Below are positions 29,597-39,013 of a stretch of 64,000 nt of DNA, piece by piece. Location of the stretch: positions 64,046 through 128,045 of the forward strand of contig CANQUX010000001.1 in the NCBI GenBank assembly GCA_947627155.1, in the 5' to 3' direction. Origin of the DNA: an uncultured Alphaproteobacteria bacterium. GTDB taxonomy: Bacteria; Pseudomonadota; Alphaproteobacteria; CAAHEQ01; UBA3637. Numbering within the stretch: the stretch's first letter is position 1; the number at the start of each line of letters is the position of its first letter. The notes below the pieces were generated by a model that saw nothing but the letters and a program-made list of their open reading frames with translations, had not been told where the DNA came from and ran no database searches. Both the position numbers and the translations under genes were made by a program.

Positions 29597-29686
29597 TTTT
29601 TTCCTCTTGTTTTTAATATTGATAAAATCGGTTCATCATACAAAATAATCATTCGAAAATCAAGCGAATAAACAAAATTTTTTCAT

Positions 29687-30742
29687 TTATTTTTCAAATG
29701 ATGATTTTTCCGGCCATAAATATTTTAAAATACTTATTGTTGTTTCAATGGCATTTTGACTTTTCCCTTCAAAATCATTCAGACAGAAAAGACAAGGTTC
29801 AAAGGTGGCTAAATCATCAAAATTGTTGGAAACCAACAAAAACGGCCAATGACAAGTCGGCGGTAAATCAGAAGTATTGTTTTCGGAAATAAACGTGTTT
29901 CTTTTTTTCATGCGATCCGTTAAGTCAACGATAATTCGGTTCATATCATCGGCCTGCCTGAATTTTGAATAGGTTGTTTTATGAAATTCTTCCGGATATT
30001 CTTGAATTGTTTCCAAAAAATAGCTTTTGCGATAGGGCTGAATGTTATGAGAAGGCGTAACTGCAAAGTTCAACGGATATTTTTGTGCCACCAACTCATG
30101 TGCTTTTTTAATTTGAGCTAACCAAAGATTCGAATCATACGTTTTCTTTTTAAAGCGAACATATACTTTGGGATTTCCGTTTTGATCAAAAAAGTAACTT
30201 TTGGGCAATGGCGTTGAAACAAACGTATCGTCATTTGCAAATAAGAAATGTTCGGAAAGCGCGGGAATGTAAGGCAAGCGCGCTTCAATGGCGGCCGAGC
30301 TGAATACGGGCAGAGCATCATGCGGAAAAATATCTTCATGGGAAACAAATTCCAGTTTCGGGTGATTTAATTTCAGCCAAGAAGGAACCTGATGATCCGT
30401 AACCAGAAAAATTTTGTGAATCCACGGTAAATTTTGCTCAACGGAGCGCAACATATATTTTAATTCATCATTTTGCCGAAATCGCGACTCATCGATGGCA
30501 TTTAAGGGCAAATCCGTATATTGTTGTTGCCAAGCCGATTTTTTTATCAGCCATTCTTTATCGGCCGAATCCACCCAAGGTACAACCAAATCAACGGGAT
30601 AATTTTTGGTTTGATTGAAATATGACCAAGCGCAGCAAGCGGCATATAATGAAAGCATTATTGCGATAACATAATTAAAAATTTTAAAAGAGTTTGATTT
30701 TTTTTGCTTTTTACGTTTCATTTTCCGAACCTGTTTTCTCAT
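29687..30742 (-). CDS. Stealth-family hexose-1-phosphoryltransferase (capsule/glycan phosphotransferase, CR1-CR3 regions).
   Basis: N-terminal TM, then Stealth CR1 (VPWVDSAD) and CR2 (RQNDELKYMLRSVEQNLPWIHKIFLVTDHQVPSWL), then ANDDTF. Confidence 0.65.
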   Translation of the reverse strand: MRKQVRKMKRKKQKKSNSFKIFNYVIAIMLSLYAACCAWSYFNQTKNYPVDLVVPWVDSADKEWLIKKSAWQQQYTDLPLNAIDESRFRQNDELKYMLRSVEQNLPWIHKIFLVTDHQVPSWLKLNHPKLEFVSHEDIFPHDALPVFSSAAIEARLPYIPALSEHFLFANDDTFVSTPLPKSYFFDQNGNPKVYVRFKKKTYDSNLWLAQIKKAHELVAQKYPLNFAVTPSHNIQPYRKSYFLETIQEYPEEFHKTTYSKFRQADDMNRIIVDLTDRMKKRNTFISENNTSDLPPTCHWPFLLVSNNFDDLATFEPCLFCLNDFEGKSQNAIETTISILKYLWPEKSSFEK

Positions 30743-30803
30743 TCAAAAGTAGGTAATTTTAAAAGGAATGTCAAATAAAAAAGACATATCTCTCATTTTT
30801 TTA

Positions 30804-30832
30804 TTGACAAAAGAAAAAGAAACTGATATAAA
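30804..30832 (+). promoter_or_regulatory. Promoter of tRNA-Val.
   Basis: TTGACA-N17-TATAAA, ending 12 nt before the tRNA 5' end. Confidence 0.55.
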
Positions 30833-30844
30833 CACCTTCATATC

Positions 30845-30919
30845 GGGTGTGTAGCTCAGCGGGAGAGCATTACCTTCACACGGTAGGGGTCGCAGGTTCA
30901 ATCCCTGCCACACCCACCA
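30845..30919 (+). tRNA. tRNA-Val (CAC).
   Basis: Cloverleaf with anticodon loop TTCACAC. Acceptor GGGTGTG/CACACCC. Encoded CCA. Confidence 0.85.
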
Positions 30920-30947
30920 AAAAAGCGGCTTTAAAGCCGCTTTTTTA
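30920..30947 (+). terminator. Terminator after tRNA-Val.
   Basis: AAAAGCGGC-tttaaa-GCCGCTTTTTT. Confidence 0.65.
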
Positions 30948-30954
30948 TTACTTT

Positions 30955-31470
30955 TCAGATTGTTTTTTTTGTTCGTTTAGTCGGTTGCTTTCTTGTTTTC
31001 TTTTGTAGTGGTTTCGAATCAATTTCGGATAATTGTTTAATCAAATTTAAAACACCGTCAGCCAATGAGGGATTTTTAATCTGAACAAACGAATCAACCA
31101 ATTCTCTTAATGTAACCTGTTTATCATAGGGTTGCTGCATAATGTGATAACTGTCACAACCGTCAAAGAAGCAATCTTTGGCATATTCAACAACATTATC
31201 ATATCCGTTGGCTTCCAAATAAGTTTCAATACCATCAAAAAAATAGGTTACCGGAATGTTTAAAATACGGGAAATTTGCCAGATACGACTACCGGCAATA
31301 CGATTGCTGCCCCGTTCGTATTTTTGTATTTGTTGAAAAGATACATGCATTAAATCAGCCATTTCCAACTGACTGATTGCCAATAAAGTACGCCGAACTC
31401 GAAATCGGTTACCGATAAATTTATCAATGGCATCCATTGCTTCAATTTGTGAGTTTGTTTTTCTTTTCAT
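30955..31470 (-). CDS. XRE-family HTH transcriptional regulator.
   Basis: HTH_XRE motif (LLAISQLEMADLMHVSFQQIQKYERG). Confidence 0.7.
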   Translation of the reverse strand: MKRKTNSQIEAMDAIDKFIGNRFRVRRTLLAISQLEMADLMHVSFQQIQKYERGSNRIAGSRIWQISRILNIPVTYFFDGIETYLEANGYDNVVEYAKDCFFDGCDSYHIMQQPYDKQVTLRELVDSFVQIKNPSLADGVLNLIKQLSEIDSKPLQKKTRKQPTKRTKKTI

Positions 31471-31555
31471 TTCAATTCCTTTTTCTTATAATGAATAACA
31501 ATATATGTTTAAGTTACATATAATTGAATGTATTGTCAACATAAAAAAGCGATGA

Positions 31556-32539
31556 TCAGGATTCTTTTCTTAAAAGAATGAAAAGTTCAATATGATTTGT
31601 ATAAATAAATTGATCAACGGGAACGATTTTTTTTATTTCATATCCGCCGAATCGTAAAATGCGAACATCTCGGGCAGCTGTTTTCGGTGAGCAGGAAATC
31701 ATTAAAATATCAGACACTTGACTTTTGGCCAATTCCCGACATTGTGCTTCGGCACCGGCACGCGGCGGATCCATCACAATGCAGTCATATTCGTTTAATT
31801 CTTTCGCTGTTAACGGTACACGAAACAAATCGCGCTTTTCGGCGTTGTTTTTAATGACGGATAAACTTTCAACGGCAATGTCATAGCCTTTAACGGAAAT
31901 GCCGGCATTCAGAAGCGGTTTTGTGAATGTACCGGCACCGCAAAATAAATCGGCCGCTTTGCGGGGCGTTCCAATATGTGATAAAACCAAGTTAATAAGC
32001 AGTTGTTCGCCTTCAACGCTGGGTTGCAAAAAGGAATCGGCCGAAAAAGGCAGTTGCACCTGTTGAATAACGGGTTCCGTGCCGTAAGATAAACGAATCA
32101 GATTGTTTTGTAAGGCAAAAGCACTTAAAAGCTCTTGTTTTTCAAGAGTTAATTTCGGCTTATTTTCTTTTAAGCACATATCAATGCCAAACGGTGTTTT
32201 TAAAACCGATATATCGCCGCTGCCTTTTAATTTTAAGACCAGTTCTTGCAGTTTCGGCAATAAATCGGATAATTCGGGCAAGAGCGCCGGACAAGAGGTT
32301 AAATGATTGATTTGATTGCTTTTCGCTTTGTTAAAACCGATTTGACCGTTTTTGTAAGCAAACGTTGCCCGGCGACGACGGCCGAACGGAACGGATAAAA
32401 CAGGTTCCGGTTCCACGTGAATGCCTTGATTTAAAAAGGCACTTTGAATAAATAAGCGCTTTTTTTCAAGATAATCATTGAAATTCATATTCAAATACGA
32501 ACAACCGCCGCACGCGGGAAAAGAAGAACATTGTTCCAT
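31556..32539 (-). CDS. Class I SAM-dependent RNA (uracil-5)-methyltransferase, RlmD/TrmA-like.
   Basis: N-terminal Cys cluster (CGGCSY), SAM motif DLFCGAGTF, catalytic VMDPPRAG and C-terminal Cys. Confidence 0.65.
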   Translation of the reverse strand: MEQCSSFPACGGCSYLNMNFNDYLEKKRLFIQSAFLNQGIHVEPEPVLSVPFGRRRRATFAYKNGQIGFNKAKSNQINHLTSCPALLPELSDLLPKLQELVLKLKGSGDISVLKTPFGIDMCLKENKPKLTLEKQELLSAFALQNNLIRLSYGTEPVIQQVQLPFSADSFLQPSVEGEQLLINLVLSHIGTPRKAADLFCGAGTFTKPLLNAGISVKGYDIAVESLSVIKNNAEKRDLFRVPLTAKELNEYDCIVMDPPRAGAEAQCRELAKSQVSDILMISCSPKTAARDVRILRFGGYEIKKIVPVDQFIYTNHIELFILLRKES

Positions 32540-32684
32540 AAAGAAATCCCTTTAATCAGCTGATAAATATTGTTTTTTTGCTTCATATCATTTTTATGCG
32601 CTTTTGTCAATGAAATTGTTTGACTTTATCAAAAAAACAAAGTAAAGTAAAAAACGAATTTCAATTTTATTTTAAGGATTAAAA

Positions 32685-34163
32685 ATGGCAGAAAATCAAA
32701 ATTTGGGACATGAACAACGACAGGTCAGAGTGGCAAAATTAAAAGCACTGGAAGCCAAAGGAATAAATGCTTATCCGCAAATTTATCGACCGAGTGCCGA
32801 TTCGAAATTGTTGGCGGAAAAATATGCCGAACTTCCCAATGATACGCAAACGCAAGATGTTGTCTCGGTTGCAGGCAGAGTGCGGGCGATTCGCAATTCG
32901 GGTATGTTTATGGATATTTATGATGCAAACGGCAAAGTACAAATTTACACATCCAAAGAGCAGGGCGCGCCGGAATTGCTGGAAATGCTCGATTTTATTG
33001 ATATCGGCGATATTATCGGCGTTGAAGGAACGGTTAAAAGAACAAAACGAGGCGAATTATCGGTTAATTCTCAAAAAATAACCATGTTGGCCAAAGCCTT
33101 GTTGCCGTTACCCGAAAAATTTCACGGTTTAACCGATACGGATACAAAATATCGCCAACGGTATTTGGATATGATTATGAATCCCGATACCACCGAAACG
33201 TTAATTAAACGCTCAAAAATCATTACGGCGGTTCGTTCGTATTTGTTGAGTGAAGGCTTGTTGGAGGTTGAAACGCCGCTGTTGCATACCATTAAGGGTG
33301 GGGCAACGGCAAAACCGTTTATCACGCATCATAACGCGTTGGATATGGATTTGTTTTTGCGTGTGGCGCCGGAGCTTTATTTAAAACGCTTAATTGTCGG
33401 CGGTTTGCCGGGTGTGTTTGAAATCGGGCGTAATTTCAGAAATGAGGGAATTGATACGCGGCATAATCCGGAATTCACCATGATGGAAATTTATCGGCAA
33501 TATAATGATTATACCGATATGATGACATTATTTGAAAAAATTGTCGAAGCGGCGGCAATGGCGGTTAATCACACAACCGTGATTGAAATTGACGGGCATC
33601 AAATTGATTTGAAAGGACCCTATCCGCGTAAAACAATGGCCGAATTGGTTTTAGAATATGCCGGTGTTGACTTTATGGCCGCGCAAACCGATGAAGAAGC
33701 GCGGGCACTGTGTCAAAAAGTCGGCGTTGAAGTTGATGCGCATGCCGATTGGGGACATTGCATGGCTGCCGTGTTCGAAGAAAAATGCGAATCGCATCTT
33801 ATTCAGCCCGTTCATGTGATTGATCATCCGAAATCTATTTCACCGTTAACAAAAGAACATCGTTCCAATCCGCGCTTGGTTGAGCGGTTTGAGCCGTATA
33901 TTAACGGTTGGGAATTAGGAAATGCTTACAGCGAATTAACGAATCCGATTGATCAGCGGGAACGGTTTGAAGCGCAGGTAAAAGAACGGGAAGCCGGTGA
34001 TGATGAAGCCGAAATGATGGATGAAGATTTTGTGACGGCTTTGGAACACGGAATGCCCCCGACCGGCGGTTTAGGCATCGGATTAGACCGGTTAATTATG
34101 ATATTAACGGCCAACTTATCCATTCGAGATATTATCGCTTTTCCGACAATGCGTAAAAAATAA
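32685..34163 (+). CDS. lysS: Lysyl-tRNA synthetase (class II).
   Basis: OB-fold N-domain plus class II motifs (FRNEG, GGLGIGLDRL). Confidence 0.9.
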   Translation: MAENQNLGHEQRQVRVAKLKALEAKGINAYPQIYRPSADSKLLAEKYAELPNDTQTQDVVSVAGRVRAIRNSGMFMDIYDANGKVQIYTSKEQGAPELLEMLDFIDIGDIIGVEGTVKRTKRGELSVNSQKITMLAKALLPLPEKFHGLTDTDTKYRQRYLDMIMNPDTTETLIKRSKIITAVRSYLLSEGLLEVETPLLHTIKGGATAKPFITHHNALDMDLFLRVAPELYLKRLIVGGLPGVFEIGRNFRNEGIDTRHNPEFTMMEIYRQYNDYTDMMTLFEKIVEAAAMAVNHTTVIEIDGHQIDLKGPYPRKTMAELVLEYAGVDFMAAQTDEEARALCQKVGVEVDAHADWGHCMAAVFEEKCESHLIQPVHVIDHPKSISPLTKEHRSNPRLVERFEPYINGWELGNAYSELTNPIDQRERFEAQVKEREAGDDEAEMMDEDFVTALEHGMPPTGGLGIGLDRLIMILTANLSIRDIIAFPTMRKK

Positions 34164-34222
34164 CTTGCTATTTTCGGAAAAAGGGATATATTTATAATGT
34201 TAATTACAAAAAGGAGGAAATT

Positions 34223-34498
34223 ATGAATAAAGAAGAATTACGCGCAACGGCAAAAAAAATGTTGGAATTGAAAGAACCGGTTTTGGTTCCGCTTTTGGCA
34301 CCGAAATTGGCAAAACGCGTTCAGGTCATTTATATTGTTTGTTTGGTATTTTTGGCTTTAACGGTTTTATTTTCCATCGTTTCATTGTTTACATCATTCT
34401 CGGCGGCCATTATCGGCTTAATCTTTGTTGTGGTTGAAGCCGTTGTGTTGAGAATGTTTTGTGAATTCTTGCTTTCTTGCGAAGAAAAACAACAATAG
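34223..34498 (+). CDS. Small membrane protein (hypothetical).
   Basis: Strong RBS AAAGGAGGA. One or two TM helices. 91 aa. Confidence 0.4.
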   Translation: MNKEELRATAKKMLELKEPVLVPLLAPKLAKRVQVIYIVCLVFLALTVLFSIVSLFTSFSAAIIGLIFVVVEAVVLRMFCEFLLSCEEKQQ

Positions 34499-34506
34499 GG
34501 GCATCG

Positions 34507-34583
34507 GTTCCCGTAGCTCAGCAGGATAGAGCGTAGGATTCCTAATCCTGAGGCCGTGGGTTCGACTCCCTCCGGGAACGCCA
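34507..34583 (+). tRNA. tRNA-Arg (CCU).
   Basis: Cloverleaf with anticodon loop TTCCTAA. Acceptor GTTCCCG/CGGGAAC, discriminator G. Encoded CCA. Confidence 0.8.
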
Positions 34584-34595
34584 TATTGTGTTGAT

Positions 34596-35042
34596 ATGCG
34601 TGACTGTCAAAATATGGCTGCCGGATGTGTCAGCTTTCAAAATGTCGGCATTTTAATTGTCGGCAGAAGCGGAAGCGGTAAATCGGCATTAGCATTGTCG
34701 TTAATTGAAAAAGGAGCAGTGCTTGTCAGTGATGACAGAACGGATATTTATATTAAAAATAATCAGCTGACGGCAAAAGCGCCCGACTCGCTGCAAGGAT
34801 TGCTTGAAATTCGGGGAATCGGCATTGTAAAAGGCTTGCCCACATTTCAAGAAGCGCCGATTCGGGCAATTATTCACTTAACACCCGAAAAACCGGAGCG
34901 CTTACCGGAGGTTTGTCATGAAAAAATTGCCGGACGAGATGTTTTGTCTTTTTCTTTTTGGGAAAATGATTTTTTCTTGACAAATAAGGTGCTTATTGCT
35001 ATAAAGATTGTCATCGGAGAAGTTTCGATATGTACCTTTTAA
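34596..35042 (+). CDS. hprK: HPr kinase/phosphorylase, short alphaproteobacterial form (C-terminal domain only).
   Basis: Walker A GRSGSGKS followed by the HprK C-domain (GLLEIRGIGIV). Start uncertain (34596 or 34614), with no clear SD. Confidence 0.7.
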   Translation: MRDCQNMAAGCVSFQNVGILIVGRSGSGKSALALSLIEKGAVLVSDDRTDIYIKNNQLTAKAPDSLQGLLEIRGIGIVKGLPTFQEAPIRAIIHLTPEKPERLPEVCHEKIAGRDVLSFSFWENDFFLTNKVLIAIKIVIGEVSICTF

Positions 35043-35060
35043 AAAACGGAGGGAATAAAA

Positions 35061-35453
35061 ATGATTGGAATTGTTTTAGTCGGACATAATGAATTACCGC
35101 AAGCCATGTTAACGGTTGTTAAGCATGTTGTGGGAAATACCGACGGTATGACGTGTGTTTGCATTGATATGTCGGATGATATGGAAGAAAAACGGCATGA
35201 AATACTGGAAAAAACAATTTCCGTCGATACCGGTGACGGTGTGGTTGTTGTTACGGATATGTTTGGCGGTACGCCCTCTAATTTGGCCATTTCTTTAATG
35301 GAAGAAAGAAATATTGAAGTTATTTCCGGTATGAATGTTCCCATGTTGATTAAACTGGCGGAAGAGCGCTCGGAACCGATGCAGGTTGCCGTTCAAAAGG
35401 CGCAGGAAGCCGGTCGTAAATATATTAACGTTGCCTCAAACTTACTTGCTTAA
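35061..35453 (+). CDS. PTS EIIA, mannose family.
   Basis: MIGIVLVGHNELPQAM with the phosphorylatable His. EIIA-Man fold and length. Cluster with hprK/NPr. Confidence 0.8.
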   Translation: MIGIVLVGHNELPQAMLTVVKHVVGNTDGMTCVCIDMSDDMEEKRHEILEKTISVDTGDGVVVVTDMFGGTPSNLAISLMEERNIEVISGMNVPMLIKLAEERSEPMQVAVQKAQEAGRKYINVASNLLA

Positions 35454-35461
35454 ATCAACAA

Positions 35462-35740
35462 ATGGAAGAAAAGCTGACACAAAAAATTTGTATTCAAAAT
35501 TTAAAGGGATTGCATGCGCGGGCAACGGCAGCGTTCGTGAAAACGGCTTCTTCGTTTCAAAGTGATATTACCATTCAAAAAGAGGGCGGAATCCCTGTTT
35601 CGGGAAAGTCGATTATGGGTATTTTAATGCTGGGTATTCCCTTGGGCGAAGAAGTAACACTCACCGCGCAAGGAAATGATGCGCAAGAAGCCATGAAAGC
35701 GCTTGTTGACTTAATAAACGCCCGTTTTAATGAAGAATAA
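35462..35740 (+). CDS. HPr-like phosphocarrier (NPr).
   Basis: GLHARATAAFV with His15. 92 aa. Confidence 0.8.
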   Translation: MEEKLTQKICIQNLKGLHARATAAFVKTASSFQSDITIQKEGGIPVSGKSIMGILMLGIPLGEEVTLTAQGNDAQEAMKALVDLINARFNEE

Positions 35741-35761
35741 TTATTGATATAAAAATAATTC

Positions 35762-35789
35762 TTGACAAAAATAGAATTTAAGGTATAAT
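35762..35789 (+). promoter_or_regulatory. Promoter of the ankyrin gene.
   Basis: TTGACA-N16-TATAAT. It forces the CDS start to the downstream Met at 35827, which has RBS AAGGTG. Confidence 0.45.
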
Positions 35790-35826
35790 CGGTATGTATA
35801 GAATGCCAAAAAGTAAGGTGAACGAA

Positions 35827-36936
35827 ATGTTTTTTAATGCTTTGAATGAAAAAAAAGATCGCGAGGGAAATACGCAACTGATTGTTGCCTGCCAAAAAGG
35901 TCAGTTAAAAAAAGTTCAACGGTTGATTCGTCTGGGAGCTTATGTAAATGCGCAAAATAAGAGCGGGGTAACGGCGTTAATGAAAGCTCTTCAAAATAAG
36001 GATTCTAAAATTGTGTCTGCTTTATTAAAGACGCCGGATATTGATGTAAATATTAAAGATTTATCCGGAAAGCCGGCGTTAATGTATGCCCTGTCCGATT
36101 GTTATTTGATGAATCTTGATATGTTCTCTCAACTCTTAAAGACACCGAGACTTGATGTTAATATTAAAGATAACTTTGGCAACACGACATTGATTCATAC
36201 GGTCGTCACGCACAATGCGGACGCCTTGTCAGAATTGTTAAAAGCACCGGGAATTAACGTAAATGCTCAAAATCATACCGGAATGACGGCGCTAATGTTT
36301 GCAGTGATAGAAGATAAAAAAACTATGTCGACTTTATTAAATGAATCGAAAATTGATGTGAATATCAAAAATTATCATGGGGAAACAGCGCTTATAATCG
36401 GCGCGAAGTATGGAGTTACAGGGATGGTATCGGAACTGTTAAAAGCGCCGAATATTGATGTGAATGCACAAGATAATAACGGAGATACGGCATTGATTAT
36501 TGCCGCTCGAAGGGGGTATACGAGAATTGTATCTGAATTGTTACAAATGCCGGATATTGCCGTTTCGGCTAAAAATAAAAACGAGGAAACAGCGTTTATG
36601 TGTGCCAAAAGAGAGAAACACACCGAATGTATTCAACTGATAAAATCATGGCCGTTATTCTCAACACTCATTTCAAAACAGGGAAATAATCTGACGAAAG
36701 AGGAACAAGAAGCAATAGCGAAATTCACTTACGATGAAAAATTCCTCCATTCCGAAAACGGGGCTTTGCAGAGAAGAAAAATTTATCAAAAACTGGAATA
36801 TGCAAAATCTCTGGTGCTTTATAAAAGCCTTCAAACAAAATTACGTCCGGAAGAAAAAGAACCCGATCGAAAAATTTTGCATCAAAAACGTTATCAGGAA
36901 CACATGATATCTCAACAATCTGTTCATCAAAGATAA
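35827..36936 (+). CDS. Ankyrin repeat protein.
   Basis: At least 8 ANK repeats. Start adjusted from the ORF-track 35794 because the promoter -10 abuts it. Confidence 0.8.
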   Translation: MFFNALNEKKDREGNTQLIVACQKGQLKKVQRLIRLGAYVNAQNKSGVTALMKALQNKDSKIVSALLKTPDIDVNIKDLSGKPALMYALSDCYLMNLDMFSQLLKTPRLDVNIKDNFGNTTLIHTVVTHNADALSELLKAPGINVNAQNHTGMTALMFAVIEDKKTMSTLLNESKIDVNIKNYHGETALIIGAKYGVTGMVSELLKAPNIDVNAQDNNGDTALIIAARRGYTRIVSELLQMPDIAVSAKNKNEETAFMCAKREKHTECIQLIKSWPLFSTLISKQGNNLTKEEQEAIAKFTYDEKFLHSENGALQRRKIYQKLEYAKSLVLYKSLQTKLRPEEKEPDRKILHQKRYQEHMISQQSVHQR

Positions 36937-36970
36937 CAGGCAGAATAATCACAATGTTTGTTGATTAAAA

Positions 36971-37001
36971 AAAGCCTGCTTGAAAACAGCAGGCTTTTTT
37001 T
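36971..37001. terminator. Bidirectional terminator.
   Basis: AAAGCCTGCT-tgaaaac-AGCAGGCTTTTTTT. Serves the ank gene (+) and tRNA-Asn (-). Confidence 0.7.
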
Positions 37002-37004
37002 AAA

Positions 37005-37079
37005 TGGCTCCAGCGGTAGGGCTCGAACCTACGACCGATCGGTTAACAGCCGATTGCTCTACCACTGAGCTACGCTGGA
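37005..37079 (-). tRNA. tRNA-Asn (GUU).
   Basis: Reverse complement folds with anticodon loop CTGTTAA. U1-A72 as in E. coli tRNA-Asn. Encoded CCA. Confidence 0.85.
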
Positions 37080-37086
37080 ACACTTT

Positions 37087-37161
37087 TGGAGGCCGGTGCC
37101 GGAATCGAACCGACATAAAAGGATTTGCAGTCCTCTGCATAAGCCATTCTGCCAACCGGCC
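37087..37161 (-). tRNA. tRNA-Cys (GCA).
   Basis: Anticodon loop CTGCAAA and discriminator U73, characteristic of tRNA-Cys. G13·A22 D-stem mismatch as in E. coli. Encoded CCA. Confidence 0.85.
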
Positions 37162-37167
37162 TTGAAC

Positions 37168-37202
37168 ACTATACTTTTAAAAAAAAATAAAAAATATGTC
37201 AA
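37168..37202 (-). promoter_or_regulatory. Putative promoter of the tRNA-Cys/tRNA-Asn pair.
   Basis: TTGACA (37197-37202) and TATAGT (37168-37173), but the spacing is 23 nt. The -10 assignment is uncertain. Confidence 0.25.
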
Positions 37203-37280
37203 GAAAAAAATAAAAAATGTTGTAATTTTTTTCAATATAGTATATGATGGCAATATTCGTTAAACAAAATGAGGTGTTGA

Positions 37281-38642
37281 ATGTTTAAAAAAATTTCTTT
37301 ATTAGCTCTTGTTTTATCAACGGTTTCTTCCGTTGCTACGGCGGAAAATCTTTCCGATGTTCTTTCTTATACTTATGAAAACAGTTTAACCGTTAATGCC
37401 GAGCGGGCAGGGTTAAAAGCGGTTGATGAAAGCGTTGCCAAAGCAAAATCGGGATACAGACCCAGTGTTATCGGGCAAGGAAATATCGGGCGTAATCACA
37501 CGCAAAGTATTTATGACAATGCTTTTGGCGGCACAAAGCAAAAAATGTATCAAGATCCGAACGGCGTTTCCGTTAACTTTGTTCAACCGGTGTTTTCGGG
37601 GCTTTCAACTTATCATTCCGTTAAAGCTGCAAAATCGCAGGTTAAATCGGCGCGTGCCAATTTATATAATACCGAACAAGCCACTTTGTTGGATGCCGTT
37701 GCCGTTTATATGGATGTGATTCGCGATAAAGCCGTTCTTGATTTACAAATCAGCAACGAAAAAGTGTTGGCGCGTCATTTGGATTCTTATCAAAAGCGCT
37801 TTAAAGCCGGTGAGTTAACAAGAACAGATGTTGCCCAATCCGAAGCACGTTTATCGGGCGCCAAAGCGGCAAAAATAGCGGCGGAAGGGGCTTTGCAGGT
37901 TTCAAATGCCAATTATTTGAGCGTTGTGGGATTAGAACCGGCTTCCAAAATGGATGATGTGAGCGATCAAGTGAAATTGCCGCTTCCGAAAACGCTTGAT
38001 GCAGCCATTGATGCGGCTTTAACCAATAATCCGCAAATTAAAGCCGCCGAATATGCATTACAGGCTGCCGGTTATACCGTCAATGCCAAGAAGGGCGTGT
38101 TGGCGCCCTCGGTTGATGTGTCAGCCGGTGCCGGAAAACAGCACGATGTGAGTATGTTTAAACGCAATGATACATGGGAAGTCATGGCAAACGTTTCCGT
38201 TCCGCTTTATCAGTCCGGTGCCGAATATGCCGATATTCGGGCAGCCAAACAAACCGAAAATCAATATCGCATTTTGCTTTCAAAAATCAAACAAGATGTT
38301 CGGGCGCAAACCATTACCGCCTGGGAAAATTACACCTCAAACAAAGCGCAAATTAACTCGATTAAAGCGCAAATTAAAGCCTCTAAAATTGCTTTGGACG
38401 GTGTGATTCGGGAAGCCAAAGTCGGTTCGCGAACCGTTCTTGATGTGTTAGATGCCGAACAGGAACATTTAGATAACCAAGTCGCTTTGGTGCGTGTTCA
38501 CCGCGATGAAATTGTTTCGGCATATGCGTTAATGTCGGCCGTCGGTTCTTTAAATCCGGAAGGATTAAAGTTAAACGTGCCGTCTTATGACCCGAAAGTT
38601 TATTATGAAGAAGTTAAAAACAAATGGTTCGGAATGAATTAA
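37281..38642 (+). CDS. tolC: TolC-family outer membrane efflux protein.
   Basis: Signal peptide plus two OEP repeats. 453 aa. Confidence 0.8.
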   Translation: MFKKISLLALVLSTVSSVATAENLSDVLSYTYENSLTVNAERAGLKAVDESVAKAKSGYRPSVIGQGNIGRNHTQSIYDNAFGGTKQKMYQDPNGVSVNFVQPVFSGLSTYHSVKAAKSQVKSARANLYNTEQATLLDAVAVYMDVIRDKAVLDLQISNEKVLARHLDSYQKRFKAGELTRTDVAQSEARLSGAKAAKIAAEGALQVSNANYLSVVGLEPASKMDDVSDQVKLPLPKTLDAAIDAALTNNPQIKAAEYALQAAGYTVNAKKGVLAPSVDVSAGAGKQHDVSMFKRNDTWEVMANVSVPLYQSGAEYADIRAAKQTENQYRILLSKIKQDVRAQTITAWENYTSNKAQINSIKAQIKASKIALDGVIREAKVGSRTVLDVLDAEQEHLDNQVALVRVHRDEIVSAYALMSAVGSLNPEGLKLNVPSYDPKVYYEEVKNKWFGMN

Positions 38643-38652
38643 AGGGGGAAAA

Positions 38653-39003
38653 ATGCAGGAAGAACAAACAATTGCCGATATTTTAACTTCCATTCGACAA
38701 GTGCTTTCCAAAGAAGCGGAAAGTTTAAATACACAAGCACCCGTTCAAAAGAAAATACAGGAGGATGTGTTTGAATTAACACCGCAAATGCAACTGTCGC
38801 AAGGAGAGCTGGTAACGCCGCAAACGGCAATTAAAGCGCAGGCTTCGTTGGAAAAATTGGATATTTATAAAGATTCAAGTGAAAAAACAATCATTAAAAA
38901 AGAATTAAAACCTTTATTGCAAGCGTGGTTAAACGAGCATTTGCCAAGCATTGTGGAAGATGTTGTAACGCGTGAAGTTCGCCGAATAATTAACAGAAAT
39001 TAA
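38653..39003 (+). CDS. DUF2497-like protein (conserved alphaproteobacterial gene downstream of tolC).
   Basis: C-terminal LLQAWLNEHLPSIVEDVVTREVRRI matches the DUF2497 C-terminal consensus. Synteny with tolC. Confidence 0.5.
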   Translation: MQEEQTIADILTSIRQVLSKEAESLNTQAPVQKKIQEDVFELTPQMQLSQGELVTPQTAIKAQASLEKLDIYKDSSEKTIIKKELKPLLQAWLNEHLPSIVEDVVTREVRRIINRN

Positions 39004-39013
39004 AGTGTTTTTT

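Noticed and set aside
35794-35826. ORF-track start of the ankyrin gene at 35794.
   Set aside because: The -10 hexamer (35784-35789) ends 4 nt before this ATG. The downstream Met at 35827 has an AAGGTG RBS and is the plausible start.
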